Positions 14,888-29,460 of a stretch of 64,000 nt of DNA are shown here, piece by piece. The stretch comes from Octopus vulgaris. Its lineage: Eukaryota. Below the pieces are notes generated by a model. The model was not told the DNA's origin, did no database searches, and saw only the letters and a program-made list of their open reading frames with translations. A program made the position numbers and the translations under genes. Numbering within the stretch: position 1 is the stretch's first letter; every line of letters starts with the position of its first letter. The stretch covers positions 21,514,001-21,578,000 of the forward strand of contig OX597821.1 of NCBI GenBank assembly GCA_951406725.2, written 5' to 3'.

Positions 14888-15285
14888 ATATATTAATAAA
14901 AGGAATTCCAACCTTGTCTGATTTTCACGTTTTATTTACAATCTTATAATGATATAATATAAGATAATATAATATAATGTAGTAGTGATGACAGTCATGC
15001 TGATTGGTCAGAATACAGTTTGCAAAACCTAGCAATCTGGAACCTACACAGCTGTATTTAAGGCACAGATTTAATCATCTCGCTACAGTCAAAAACTGTC
15101 ACCACTACTACATGAACCTGAAGATTGCAGAATTTAATTTATGAAAGTACTAGTTCAATCAGAATGAACATTTAACATTCTATTATTTTATTTTATTATA
15201 TTATATTATCTTATATTATATCATGATAAGATTGTAAATAAAACGTGAAAATCAGACAAGGTTGGAATTCCTTTTATTAATATAT
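14888..15285 (+). mobile_element. PLE-type inverted-repeat insertion with hammerhead (15113-15157)
   Basis: arms 14888-14978 / 15195-15285; TGAAC-CTGAAGA...GAA-AGTACT-A-GTTCA; stem II degraded. Confidence 0.65.
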
Positions 15286-15561
15286 ATATATATATATATA
15301 TATATGTATAAGCGGCTGTATATGTATGTATATGTGTCTACAAACACCGTCGATTGATATACCTGTCTGTCTCTAAATATCGATCACAAACCGCCTGCTG
15401 TGTCAGCTACGTGTCGCACGATCCTTTCTAAATCGCAATCTAGATAGAGCTAGGTCGGTATGTGTATGCGTACGTATATATATTGCAGATTCATCAATAT
15501 ACATGTTGAGTTTGTATGTAGTACAATAGGTGAATTAACACATCTACGTTCCTATATATGT

Positions 15562-15601
<40 letters not shown>

Positions 15602-16017
15602 GTGATTGCTTGTGTGTGTGAGTGTTAGTGTATATGTTCGTGTGTATGTGTGTATGCACGTCTAAAAATATATAAACATGCTGGATGTATACAGAGACAG
15701 GTGTCGAAGAAGAGAATGGGAGAGAGAGAGAGACAATGAAAAGTACATATATATACGCATTTAATTATATATATATTTGTGTATATATGTGTGTATGTAC
15801 ACGCACACACACATATATATATACACAATTACATGCAAATATCTCTATATACATATGTATACAAATAATTAATTACACACACATGCACACATCCATATAA
15901 TACCCTGGATAAGTCAAACATCGTAACGTACAGTATTTTTTAAATATGACATCATATCCTAAATAGGGACCATGTGTGCGTCAGTGTGTGTATCTGTATG
16001 TATACAAATATAATATG

Positions 16018-16114
<97 letters not shown>

Positions 16115-19100
16115 TACAGTCATAGATAAGTACAAACATACATATACCATATATGTGTATATCAATCTGCCTCTGTATTGTGTTCATTTATGTATGGTTC
16201 GCGTAAATTCTTTGATGTTATGCGTGTGTGTATGCATGTAATATAATAAGGCAGTTTGGTGATCGATATTACGGTGCTCTACGTATATATGCATTTATTT
16301 CAGTTCATAAATGTGTGAGTATGTGTGTGTTTGTGTGTGTGCGCGTATTTGTGTGTGTGAGAGAGAGAGTATTTTCATATGTATGCATGTACGCATTAGT
16401 ATGTAATTTTGCAATTATATAACATATAAGAAACAAAGAAAATATTCCAGTGATCATTGCTTCAACAGTCATTGTTACCACCATCTTGTATTGTAACGTT
16501 CGTTGTTCTTCGTCTACCACGTTGACAATAAATTCGAAATTGAATTAAATCCAATTTATATGTGCTCTGTTTGAATAAGAAATCTATTCAGGAATATTAA
16601 TGTAATGTTAAGATTAATGTATGAGAGTATGTGCATGTGTGAATGTTTATATATACCCACATTAACATATATATATAGATTGATAGAGAGAGATAGAGGG
16701 AGAGAGAGAGAGAGAGATATGCATACATATATATATTTACATGTATATATATATATATAAATAATGCATTTGTGCTTTTGATATGTAAACACATTTCCAT
16801 GCCTGTATTTTACATGTACATATACAAACATAAACTCACACATATATGTATATATGGTTAAATATATATATATATATATATATATGCCTGAATGTATGTA
16901 TGAATATTCATATAGGCATATTAAAAGAAATATAACAAAGCTATGTACAAAGAACAAACAACTTCAGTGGGTTGCATGTGTAGAGCTGGTAAAGCTGTAT
17001 AGCCTTACGTAAGATAAATTCTTTTTGAAACGGAGAGAAAAATGATGTGATGCATTGTAGACAAAGTAAACTTGCACCTGGCCAGACTGTAACAATATTG
17101 CTAGGCGCCATGCGTGGATGTGGTCCAGTCGAAAGTTGATGAAATCGTAGTAATGTACGATCCTCAGCTGATGAAGAGAAAGTCCTTCAGAGCAAATCAT
17201 TTCCAATGCGCATATGTGCCTGTGTGCGTGAGAGAGAGAGAGAGAGAGAGTCAGAAAGACAGACAGACAGGTAGACATGACAGACAGATAGACAAGACAG
17301 ATTGAGAAATCGTTGTACAACACCGTGATAAAAATATGCTCAACTAAATATTCCTAAGTAATGACTTAAGTACACTCTCACGAGCGTTAAATACGCTCTC
17401 TACTGCGTACATCCTCTATTTATCTATTCCTAAAACTTTATGCATGTAGCCGTATAAAAGTTATATGAATGACAATATCGAGAAACTGTGTGAGTACAGA
17501 ACGGAGGTTTCAAATGAGAATATCATAATTGTGTTCCTTTTCACACCAGCTAGATCCTTTAGATAAACTGCATTTCCATGTAAAAAGAAAAATTTAGAAA
17601 TTTATTCGAAAATTGAAAGAAATATTATAAAGTTCTGTAACATCATCCGATGTAACGAGCACCTCGATTATCGTATTATATGCGTTTATTACAGAGAATG
17701 CATTGTTACTATTACATTTGTGAGAAAAGGTGCTCACGAGATGTGTTACCTGTTCATTTGCTTAAATACCAATTAGAAGGATAATAATTCATTTGAGTAA
17801 TAGTTCAACGAGGCATTGTGGTGTAGAGAACGCGTCTATTCAGATGGATGTTTGTCGACTTTAAAACTGTTTAGGTGTTGTCTTATTTTGCGTAGTTTTG
17901 TGTTGTCTTATGTTGCGTAGTATTGCCTTGTCTTTCTCTTGTGATGTTTTGTTGCAATAAGTTAGAATAAATTTGTTAGAATAAAGACATCTTTTTAAAA
18001 CAAACCTCTCCCAGTCTTTATGCAATTGCTGTATCTTTGCATATTGTCTAGTATATGCGACTTCGGTGTAGAAATTGATTTATTTCCTCTCAAGCTGGTA
18101 TGTGTTGTGGGTCTCTCGAGTAATTTTTACATTTTATTGTAATCTGAGTTGAGTGTTTTCATCTTCAAATATGTCTCCCAGTTGTCTATTTAGAGAAGGA
18201 ACACATAAATCTTGTAGACTTTGCTACAATCTTTGCAGTGTTATTAGTGCTACTTAGTTTTAGAATTATGAGCTCCACGTAATCTAGAGTATAACGTCTT
18301 TTCTACAGAAGCATTTGGTTGTTTACCATTTCCCTTTTGCCAGGTACAGTAAATTTGAATGCTTATGAAAAAGCTGTGAAAGAACTATAAGTCGGAATAA
18401 AATATGACAGTTTGAAAAGTAAATAGAAATGGGGAAACATTTTACAATACATTTATGAGTCAACTGATTTGCGTCTCAAATATCAGCACATGGAATGTAT
18501 ATAATATTTAAAAGAAAGATTTTAAGATTTCCGAGAAAGCATATGGAGTACTAAACAATATTTTAATATACACTACGTTGTTTGTATAAAGCTAAATATA
18601 CTTCAATAGGAAATGTGTTCATATCTTGTTGGGTACAAAAATGTCCTGTATTGGAGTTCTGGAACTTGCGTTAGTTTGTTAATTTGCACAACGCTTATTT
18701 AGAAGTGCTAAAATTATTAAACGATATCAAAATTTCTGGGAAATATATAATATGCGCGATTAATTGAATTGATGAGTATGGAGTATTTATCCGAGTAGAT
18801 TGTCATATAGTACTATCTTGGTGGGTGGAATTCTCCAAAGGGCGAGCATGTATTTCTTCACATGAGCACCTTTGATATTAAGACCATGTCCCAAAGTTTT
18901 GTGGCAATAAGCAGAGAATTTCAACATGTCCAATACATGCACCATCTTCAATACACAAAACTGGCCTGTCCTTGTCCATTTGATAAACCTCCTTCGCCTT
19001 TAAAGAAATTCCTCACCATCTACTGATATCTGTGCTGAGCTCTCTCAATCACCAATTACTGCTGCGGAGTCAATGTACTGAAGTTGGTGTAGTGAGAGCT

Positions 19101-19743
19101 TTTTCCCTGCTAGAAAATATTTACCAATTAAATTACATACCTTAATCTAACTATGTAAAAAATTAATTTGAGATAAGGTGGTAGGGAATACACAATTCTT
19201 AGTGGGTAGCGTATTGTTATTATCGATGAAAGTGGCGTTGTATTTCGGTATGCAAACTGATTCAGTTACCCACCTCTGTACGTCTAGAGAACATTTACCT
19301 ATGAAATTACATACATTATTTTAAATACGTTTAAAACTCATCTAAGGTGAGAAACGAGAAATACATTTCTTCTAGGCAGCGCGTTGGCATTACCTTACTC
19401 AAGGTCATGGATGAGAGGGAAGATGTTTCCGTATGCAAACTGATTCAGTTATTCGCCTTAACATTGTAGCATAGAGACATGTAAATATTAGCACAATTAA
19501 TAGGCTCAATGAGCTGTTATTTTAGTGTAACTGTTACAAAGCCTTATAGGAAGTGTCCTTTCTTCTACATAAGTTTCGAGAAAATATTGCTCTTCATTGT
19601 CTTGGAACCTTATATAGTTTGCAGTACTTTATACTTTACATTTCGCAAATATGTTCTTTAATGTTCACAAAATCGTAGACGTCGCAGATAAAGGATGTCA
19701 TAGTTTGATTTGTTTTTCGTGACTTCAAAATTTAGATCAGTTT

Positions 19744-20124
19744 TACTCTCTCTTTTAAATGTATCAGTCATTTGACTGTGACCATGCTGGAGCACCGCCT
19801 TTAGTCGAGTAAATTTTATTCTTTGTAAGCCAAGTACTTATTCTATCGGTCTGTTTTGCCGAACCGCTAAGTTACGGGGACGTAAACACACAAGCATCGG
19901 TTGTCAAGCGATGTTGGGGGGGGGACCAACACAGACACACAAACACACACACATATATACGACAGGCTTCTTTCAGTTTCCGTCTACCAAATCCACTCAC
20001 AAGGCTTTGGTCGGCCCGAAGCTGTAGTGGAAGAGACTTGCCCAAGATGCCACGCAGTGGGACTGAACCCGGAATCATGTGGTTCGTAAGCAAGTTACTT
20101 ACCACACAGCCACTCCTGCGTCTA
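19744..20124 (-). mobile_element. SINE family A, full length
   Basis: reverse complement matches 15-391. Confidence 0.85.
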
Positions 20125-20767
20125 TTTTCCTAGTTTCCTGGAGGTAATTTCCTATTAATTGCTTACCACTAAAGTGTTCTAGTTAGACTGCAAGGGAATA
20201 TAGCTCTGAAACTACGTTTTTTGGAGCCTGTTCGTTGTTGCCAATATATATATTCCTTTTTCATGGCAAAAGTTGATTCTATCTCCCAATGCATCAGCCG
20301 TAACATCGGCAGATGTCATAGAGATGTAGGAGGCGTCTTCGTCAGAATTCCGAACAATCTTAACAGCATCAACGACGGTGACACTTCGGAGTTACTGTCA
20401 ACTTTTCCGTGTTGAATTTACACTCACATTTGTATGTGCATGTATATGTGTGTATGCGTGTGTGTGTGTGCATATGCATGTATGAATATATTTATGTGTG
20501 TGAACAAATGCTGTCTATTCCCATATATATAATATATGAATATAAGGAGTAATGCATACAATTCACAAAATCTATGACTGTCTACATGCATGACTTTGCA
20601 TTCATATACAATTACCGTTTCATTATATTTCTGTTTTCCTGCGTAGAAATTCCCTGCCGACCATTTCGAAAGAAGTTATGTATAAATACATATATTATTA
20701 TTAGTATTATTTTTATTATTATTATTATTGTTATTATTATTATTATTGTTATTGTTGTTGTTGTTGC

Positions 20768-20805
<38 letters not shown>

Positions 20806-20909
20806 TTGTTGTTGTTATTACTCAGACGACTTCATGTTTTGTTGCCGATTATTTTAAATCTGTTTTATTGATTTATCTTCCTCCTGCGTGAAATGAATGA
20901 ATGAATGAA

Positions 20910-20910
20910 T

Positions 20911-20945
<35 letters not shown>

Positions 20946-20946
20946 C

Positions 20947-20993
<47 letters not shown>

Positions 20994-20994
20994 C

Positions 20995-21025
<31 letters not shown>

Positions 21026-21053
21026 CAGAATGAAAGAAAGAAAGACAGAATGA

Positions 21054-21097
<44 letters not shown>

Positions 21098-21134
21098 CAG
21101 AATGAAAGAAAGAAAGAAAGAAAGAAAGAAAGAC

Positions 21135-21193
<59 letters not shown>

Positions 21194-21194
21194 C

Positions 21195-21273
<79 letters not shown>

Positions 21274-21291
21274 AAGATAGAAAGAAAGAAA
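20910..21291. repeat. (GAAA)n microsatellite
   Basis: direct reading. Confidence 0.98.
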
Positions 21292-21677
21292 GAGCGAATA
21301 CATGGGCGAATGAATGAATGGATGGAAAGAAATAATGACAGTAGAAGAAACAAGAGATGCATAAGTGAATGCGCGACCAGGAGTCTCCATTCATTTGAGG
21401 GATGCAGGAGGAGATTTCGTGCTGATAGCACATGCCCTTGCTATTGCTATTGTTGTTGCAGTTGCTGTGTGGTCCGCCCCAATATCGGCCCTGATTAAGC
21501 AGATCTATGATCAAATACGTTCTTATCATGACCGTCCCTTCTCTTTATTCGGACGCCGAATACCTGAGGCAACATTAAGCAGTGACATTTTAAATACCAA
21601 TAGGAGACATGTTGATAACTTAATATGGAGAGATTGTTGACAATTCATAAACTACATCACCAATAGTTAACTAGCTC

Positions 21678-21750
<73 letters not shown>

Positions 21751-21964
21751 ATCTATCAATCTGTGTGTATAAATATATATATATGCAGAAGGTTTGCTCC
21801 AACTTTCAACTTACTAAAATGGTCTTCATGAAAAAATTGTTTTAGCATTTCTACCTTATCTTATTTTCCTAATATATATATACACACACACACTCACACA
21901 CACACACTCACACACACACACACACACACATACGCATATATACACACACACACATACATATATA

Positions 21965-22015
<51 letters not shown>

Positions 22016-22155
22016 GAAAATATAAATAGTTTTAAAACAGTATTAATATCCAGCAAGAATAAAGTACCTTATTAGTAGAATTGTAAATATATAAAGCAGG
22101 CGTCTACGAAGTATGATCATTACTAGAAATAGTAGCCGGTATGTTTACGACGCTA

Positions 22156-22532
22156 TACTCTTTCACTCTTTTACTTGTTTCAGTCAATTGAATGCGGCCA
22201 TGCTGGAGCACCGCCTTTTAGTCGATCAAATCGACCCCGGGACTTATTCTTTGTAAGTCCAGTACTTATTCTATCGGTCTCTTGCCGAACAGCTATGTGA
22301 CGGGGACGTAAACACACCAGCATCGATTGTCAAGCAATGCTAGGGGGACAAACACAGACACACAAACACACACACACACACATATATGTATATATATACA
22401 TATATACGACAGGCTTCTTTCAGTTTCCGTCTACCAAATCCACTCACAAGGCATTGGTCGGCCCGGGGCTATAGCAGAAGACACTTGCCCAAGATGCCAC
22501 GCAGTGGGACTGAACCCGGAATCATGTGGTTG
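22156..22532 (-). mobile_element. SINE family A, lacking the extreme 5' end
   Basis: reverse complement matches 55-391. Confidence 0.85.
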
Positions 22533-22776
22533 TAGATCTTCACTAAATATTTACAGGCAGAGATGTGTGCGGGAGGCGAATATAGGAAAATTCTATCTTA
22601 CCTCTACGGAGACCGTTAGAGGATTAAAGAATAGCTTAATACTGCAGTTTCAAAGTTTTCAGATCACGTGAGCGAGCGCGAATCTGATTAGTTATTTTCA
22701 TTTGAGTCTACCGTGGCCGACCAAATTTTAAACTACCCACTACATCTCTGCCTGCTTACTCGGCTTATAGACTTTC

Positions 22777-22848
<72 letters not shown>

Positions 22849-22861
22849 TAGATATATATAC

Positions 22862-22994
<133 letters not shown>

Positions 22995-23138
22995 AGTAGT
23001 TGAATGAATTATCTTATTATGGATAATTCGGTTAACCGATACCTGGGTAGCAAATTCACGTCAGAAAAACACGGATGAAGCTACTTGCCATGGGCAGAGA
23101 TCACGTGCTTTCCTGTGGAAATTTGTGTGCCATTTTTA

Positions 23139-23256
23139 ATACAAATAAATGACAGAATGGAGTTGAACGACGAATTAACAAATTTTTGTTAATCTGTCGA
23201 GAATAAAGGAATATTGTTAATTCGTCGTTCAACTCCATTCTTTCATTTATTTGTAT
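23139..23256. repeat. ~43-bp inverted repeat abutting (TA)n
   Basis: ATACAAATAAATGACAGAATGGAGTTGAACGACGAATTAACAA and its reverse complement at 23214-23256. Confidence 0.85.
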
Positions 23257-23289
23257 ATATATATATATATATACATGGCTTATTTAAAA

Positions 23290-23450
23290 CAGTTTGTTTC
23301 GGTCCCATGAAGCTCAAATTTTCGCGGGCCTCTAACAGAAGTCCGTTACTTTCGGGCTTTAAATTACCGAATTCAAAGCCTGAAAGGGACGGACTTCTCT
23401 TAGACGCCCGCGAAACTCTAAGTCGTACAGAGCTGATTCAAACTGTCATA
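23290..23450. mobile_element. palindromic MITE-like element
   Basis: TTTCGCGGGCCTCTAACAGAAGTCCGTTACTTTCGGGCTTT pairs with AAAGCCTGAAAGGGACGGACTTCTCTTAGACGCCCGCGAAA; outer ACAGTTTG/CAAACTGT. Confidence 0.55.
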
Positions 23451-23611
23451 GATAGATAGATACATAGATACATACATACATACATACATACATACATACA
23501 TACATACATACATACATACATACATACATACATGCATACATGCATACATACATAGATGTATACGAACTTGCGAATCAGCCGTGTTGAGATTTGGACTTGG
23601 AATGGATGGAA

Positions 23612-23886
23612 GCACTCCGTCGGTTAAGACGACGAGGATTCCCGTTGATCCGAATCAACGGAACAGCCTGCTCGTGAAATTAACGTGTAAGTGGCTGAGC
23701 ACTCCACAGACACGTGTACCCTTAACGTAGTTCTCGGGGATATTCAGCGTGACACAGAGCGTGACAAGGCCGGCCCTTTGAAATACAGGTACAACAGAAA
23801 CAAGAAGTAAGAGTGAGAGAAAGTTGTGGTGAAAGAGTACAGCAGGGATCACCACCATCCCCTGCCGGAGCCTCGTGGAACTTTTA
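23612..23886 (-). mobile_element. SINE family B, 5'-truncated, with probable target-site duplication
   Basis: homologous to 60150-60408; GGACTTGGAAT at 23593 and 23887. Confidence 0.8.
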
Positions 23887-23972
23887 GGACTTGGAATATG
23901 ATGGGAAGGCAACTAATCAAAAGACTCGCTTTCTTTCAGTTTTTTTTTGTCTGATTCTGCTATCGATCCTCA

Positions 23973-24353
23973 TCTCTCTATATATAAACGGCAGTTTGTC
24001 TGTGTGTGTTTCTGTGTGTCTGTTTGCTTGTACCCTCACCCTGACCACGGCTTTCAACCGATTCTGATGAAACTTGAAACACACATAACCCAATGTCATA
24101 ATTCAAAACTAACGCAGCGAAAATTTTGAAAAGTTCCCCCAGTTCTGAAAAAAATCGATAAGTTCGACATGGGGTCGAGAATCAGAAACACAAACCACAG
24201 ACTGTCTAGGGGACGCAACTCGACCTTTTTAACTCAAAAAATTTACCATCATTTTTTCCCCATTTTTTTTGCTATTTTTTGGCTATAACTCTCTAAAAAT
24301 GCTTTATAGTTATTTTCCTTACAAACCCGAGCAACGCCGGGCGATACTGCTAG
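23973..24353 (+). mobile_element. non-autonomous Helitron
   Basis: A|TC..CTATATATAAA 5' end; subterminal hairpin CCCG-AGCAACGC-CGGG (24326-24341); CTAG|T 3' end; no TSD. Confidence 0.8.
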
Positions 24354-24984
24354 TTTTACATATGAATATATTTCTTTGTTTTTCCTCCTGTCCCATTCCA
24401 CTCGTAAGTTTGAAATATTGTCATATTCCCATATACTGTAAATCTTTCTGTAAATGTTCTTGTTATTGCAAAGGTTGGATGTGTTTGTAATGGAACTGAG
24501 GTGAACAAAACTGTGAGCAAACACATTTCATTCATGGTCTTTCTATACATCAAGGACTACTAGTCTTCTATTTGCCCTTCTTTTCTAAGGCTGTAGTGTG
24601 TAATTTGAAACGTGTCTGGCTGTTATTTTTAGCAAATCAACCGAAAACGTAAAGATTGATATCTCTACTATGATCCTGTTGTTGACCCTTGGTAATGTTG
24701 TCGTCGTCGTCGTTATTGTCATGTAGAACCATGTTATTCCAGCTGGGATAACGCCCTCTGGTTTTCCCACTTTTCTTGTCCACCTAACTGTAACTGTAAC
24801 TAATATTTGAAAATGGCAATGCATGGTTTGAGGGATAATTGCCAGTTAATTCCAGTAGGTTGAGCAAAATAGACTGGAGAATATTCAAACAACTGACTGA
24901 TGAGCAGAAATATATTATTTCAAAGCACTATATGTTCGTCAATATCCTATTATATTAAATGTGTGTATGTGTGTGTGTGTGTGT

Positions 24985-25024
<40 letters not shown>

Positions 25025-26282
25025 CACAAGGTAAATATAAAACTCACTCACATGCACATATATTACAAATAATCCTCCATAGAGTTTAAATGCTCAACAC
25101 ATTTAGCTAAGATTTTCCTAAATCTCATAAATAACCATTTTCACGTACAGCAGAGCAATGATAACATCTCTAGTAGAAAACTGTTATTGTGATCTACACT
25201 TGCACCCAAAACTCTTCGCTACTTCTATGACTAATATAGGCAGAAAATTTTGTAGCATTAAGACACAATATCTTCCCATCTATGTTATTGTAACGACATT
25301 AATACCTACTCTGACAACGATATATGTCTTTGTAAAACGTTAATTCATCAAACCAATGTATTCCTTGCAAATAACTGCAAAGCAAGAGTTATGCAGGCAT
25401 TCTGAAAATCAATTTTAAAAACATATTCTAACAACATACGCACACGTTCAAATATTCAAAATGGTACTTCACTTCCTCACTATTGAAATTGTCCAGGTTA
25501 TCATATTTATGACAGTATATCGTGAGTAAAGGGAGACTTGTCTACTAAACTTAACGGATGAAGAGACCACTTAAACACTATCTCTTTGTCTCAACTGAAG
25601 TTGTGCTTGCTTATAATTGCTCTTTTTGTTGTTCATTGTAGTTGCTGATCGGTTTGTCGTTGTTGTGGTGTTGCTGATGGTAGTTGTAGTTGTTGTGGTT
25701 GTTGTGGTTACTTATTTTATTGTTGTTTTTGTTGTTGTTGTTGATGATGATGATGAGGAGGATGAGGATGATGATGACTATGATAATAATGAAGACGCTA
25801 TTAAACATTAGTTCAGCTCTAGTCCAGTAGCCCTATGAGCGAAAACAATCTAGCTGGGATTGTCTCTCCTTAATAATCTTATAAAGAAGTATTTCTCTGT
25901 ACAATGTAGCTCTGTTGTACGATGCGAACCGAGGGATATTTGACTGTTCTGTCAAGAACATTGTGGGAGTCCAAAGAAGTTTATTTGTCCGTGGTGTTGC
26001 TGGTTTTCTTGCAGTTGTTGTCCTTCCTATAGTTGAGTTTCTCAAGTGGGTGTTGCTTTCAATGAACCAATATGCCTTACTAGGTCTGGAATGGCTACAA
26101 AATTCAAGTAAAAAAAAAAGACGTGTACAATCCATTGACCTTTACGGAGATGTACTCGCATAGCAAGTGATTTGATCTGAGATCGTGTGCTGGAACGAAA
26201 ACAATTGCAGCGTGGAAGGTGTTTGTAAGCCATTTAAGAAACACACAAAAGCCGTTCGATTCACTTCAACATTTAAGTTTAA

Positions 26283-26332
26283 TTTGTCAAAATATTTTCG
26301 TCGCTAAAATCCGCGACCTGTTCACTGACAAA
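26283..26332 (-). ncRNA. variant minimal hammerhead ribozyme (G3-C8 core)
   Basis: minus strand TTTGTCA-GTGAACA-G-GTCGC ggatttta GCGAC-GAA-AATATT-T-TGACAAA. Confidence 0.6.
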
Positions 26333-26733
26333 AATCCGTGCTGCATCTCTTGACCGTAACCTCAGAATATTTCTGATGCTTCATTTATATACTACTGTAG
26401 CATATAAGAAGAAAAAAAAGATACAACTCTGATATGGACAGATACTATGTAGTCAAGAAAAGCAGGACTTCACAGTGACGGCTCCAACGGACCATTCTGT
26501 TTAACTTCTATTATTATTGAATTACTTCTTATTGCTGTTTTGTCGAATGTTTGCACTGAGCGAGGTAAATTGAGGAGAAATCCGTTCTATCCATAGCATA
26601 ATTCAGTTTCCCAGCTAAATAGTGGTCCAGTTTGTCTATTACTTCGGTGCATAAGTCGTTTATCCTAGGTAAAATAAACTATTATACATAACTAGTTATA
26701 CAGTAAAAACACACACATACAAATACACAGACA

Positions 26734-26816
<83 letters not shown>

Positions 26817-26975
26817 TGGAGAAATTATACAAAATGTATAATTAGAAGATGAGTAAAGCACCGGCACAGTTTCGATTACCTGTTGTTATCCGTAGATTTA
26901 TTTCAGGAACTTCGTAGTCGCGGTTGGGGTAACAGTATTAATAAAATAGAGGAAGTGAGTAACATATTTTATTGG

Positions 26976-27017
26976 GTACGACATATGTTTCGACCCGTTC
27001 TGGGTCTCTTCCAGTAC
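26976..27017 (-). ncRNA. variant minimal hammerhead ribozyme
   Basis: minus strand GTAC-TGGAAGA-GACCC agaac GGGTC-GAA-ACATATGT-C-GTAC. Confidence 0.6.
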
Positions 27018-27314
27018 ATCAATAAGAAAAATCTTGCTAGAGATTTTCTGATTCAGTTTTACGTACTGCTATATGTCCATCAACTTTGAGAATTAGTAAA
27101 AAACAGAGAAAAATTGAAACGCAAAAAATTCAAACGTGAACGTAAAAATTATACATTCTAGTTTAGAGAAAATGGCGTGATGAGCCTTCGCTGTTGTAAC
27201 TGTTAAGAGAAAGAAAAGGAAGTAGAAATTGAAAGGAATATAATACTTAGACGAAATTTTTTTTGTGTTCGTGCTTAGACGCACATATACATACACAGAT
27301 ATATATATATATCT

Positions 27315-27533
27315 GCGGGCTGGCAGAAACGTTAGCACGCCGGGCGAAATGCTCAGCAGTATTTCGTCTCTCGCTACGTTCAAATTCCGCCGAGGTCGAC
27401 TTTGCCTTTCATTCTTTCGGGATCGATAAATAAAGTACCAGTTACGCACTGGGGTCGATGTAATCTACTTAATCCCTTTTTCTGTCCTTGTTTGTCCCCT
27501 CTATGTTTAGCCCCTTGTGGGCAATAAAGAAAT
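27315..27533 (+). mobile_element. SINE family C with Tx1-type 3' tail
   Basis: head with GTTCAAATTCC B box; central GCCTTTCATTCTTTCGGGATCGATAAATAAAGTACCAG; tail matches 44884-44932 (minus). Confidence 0.8.
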
Positions 27534-28742
27534 ATATATATATATACATTCGGGCTCACACTCGCACATCCAAGCATATGGGTATATACATACAACTAGA
27601 AACGCACATACGTACTCTTATAGACGAATATATACATATATATATAGGAGCTCATAAATTCAGTTACACACGTGTATATATACATAAGTATACGTACATA
27701 GCATAGATAAATATGTGCATATGTTCGTAAATAAACCAAGTTACAAACGTCTGTGCAAAGTTTGACACACACACACGTGTATACTCACGTATACACATAA
27801 GTAATTATATACACGGATACACATACATGTATGTGTATGTCTATATACACATACACACACATATACAAATATGTATGCATATAGACATGCAAACACGCCC
27901 ACGTACACGTATACACAAATTTACTATAATATATACATACACCTACCAAAAACGCAAATGCGCACAGATGAATATGTAGACATCTATATATCTATATATG
28001 TGTACATATACATGCACACACGCACACACACACACATGACTCCTCGGAACATAATTGGCATTGGCGGGATGTGGTGTTGTAGATACTCGCGTGTCTAAGT
28101 ATGGACCATGTAAGGTCGTATTTTTTCTTTGCTTCGTTAAGCCTCCAGATAATATCGGCCAGTGATGTTACACGTCGTTTAAGGATACTTCGAGAGCTGG
28201 CGATGTGGTTGAGGTTATTTACTTCTTACACTCTACTGGCTGTCGTTGTTGTCTTCTTTCATTCTTCACCTCTTCACCGTGAGGCTGATATTCGCCAAAG
28301 ATTTTGTTCTTATCCATGTAGTGATTACTGTTGTTCTTGACGTTTTTGTTGCTGTGCTTGTTGTCGTCCTAACTCTCCATTTTACCATTTCAGTGACGTG
28401 TCATTTGCTGCCGCTCAGCTGTTAGCGCAACGATTGTTATTTGGCTAACATCCTTCACATTCCTGTAGATGTCATTCAGTGCTGATCGGTTGTTGCTGCT
28501 AAATTTATTGTTCTTGTTGGTCTCGCTCTTGTTATACGCAGGCTATAATAGGTGCTGGTGTTGTTGTTGTTGTTGCTGCGTTCTTATTGTGGCTAGTATT
28601 CATGAAGTTTAGTGTTGTTCGCCAAACGATTGCTACTGGTATTGATTTTTTATAGTTATTTCTATGTGTATGACGTTCTAAAAATGTATTCATACGTACA
28701 TTCATACATATATATAAACATATATATATATATACATGCATG

Positions 28743-28828
<86 letters not shown>

Positions 28829-29308
28829 TATACGAATATACATATATGCGCATATATATATACATATATATACATGCACACACACACATATATATATATA
28901 TAAACACATTTATATAGTTATATATATATATACATATTTTTACACACACAAGCGCACACATATTCATCCATATATGCGTGAATGCATGCATGCATTTACG
29001 AACATACATATATGTACGTATATACAGGTGTATGTACGTGTATGCATGCATGTATTTATATACATACATATATGTATGTATATACACATGTATGTATGTA
29101 TTTATGTTTAGCATGTAAGCAGGGTTTAATACTGGTGTTGGTCGCTGTTGAGGTTACTGTTGTTGTTGTAGTTAACATTGTTGCAGGTAACAATGACAAT
29201 ACGTATTTTCAATCCCACAACGCACTTAATAGGATAACGGAAATTTCTAGTAAAAACGCAACACATAAATATTCCAGGACTATCATGCATGTATATATAT
29301 ATATATAT

Positions 29309-29396
<88 letters not shown>

Positions 29397-29460
29397 GCCT
29401 ATTAATAATAATACTGTAATTGTTCCATTGTTGTTGTTTTTTTGTTTTCCCGTTTGGATT

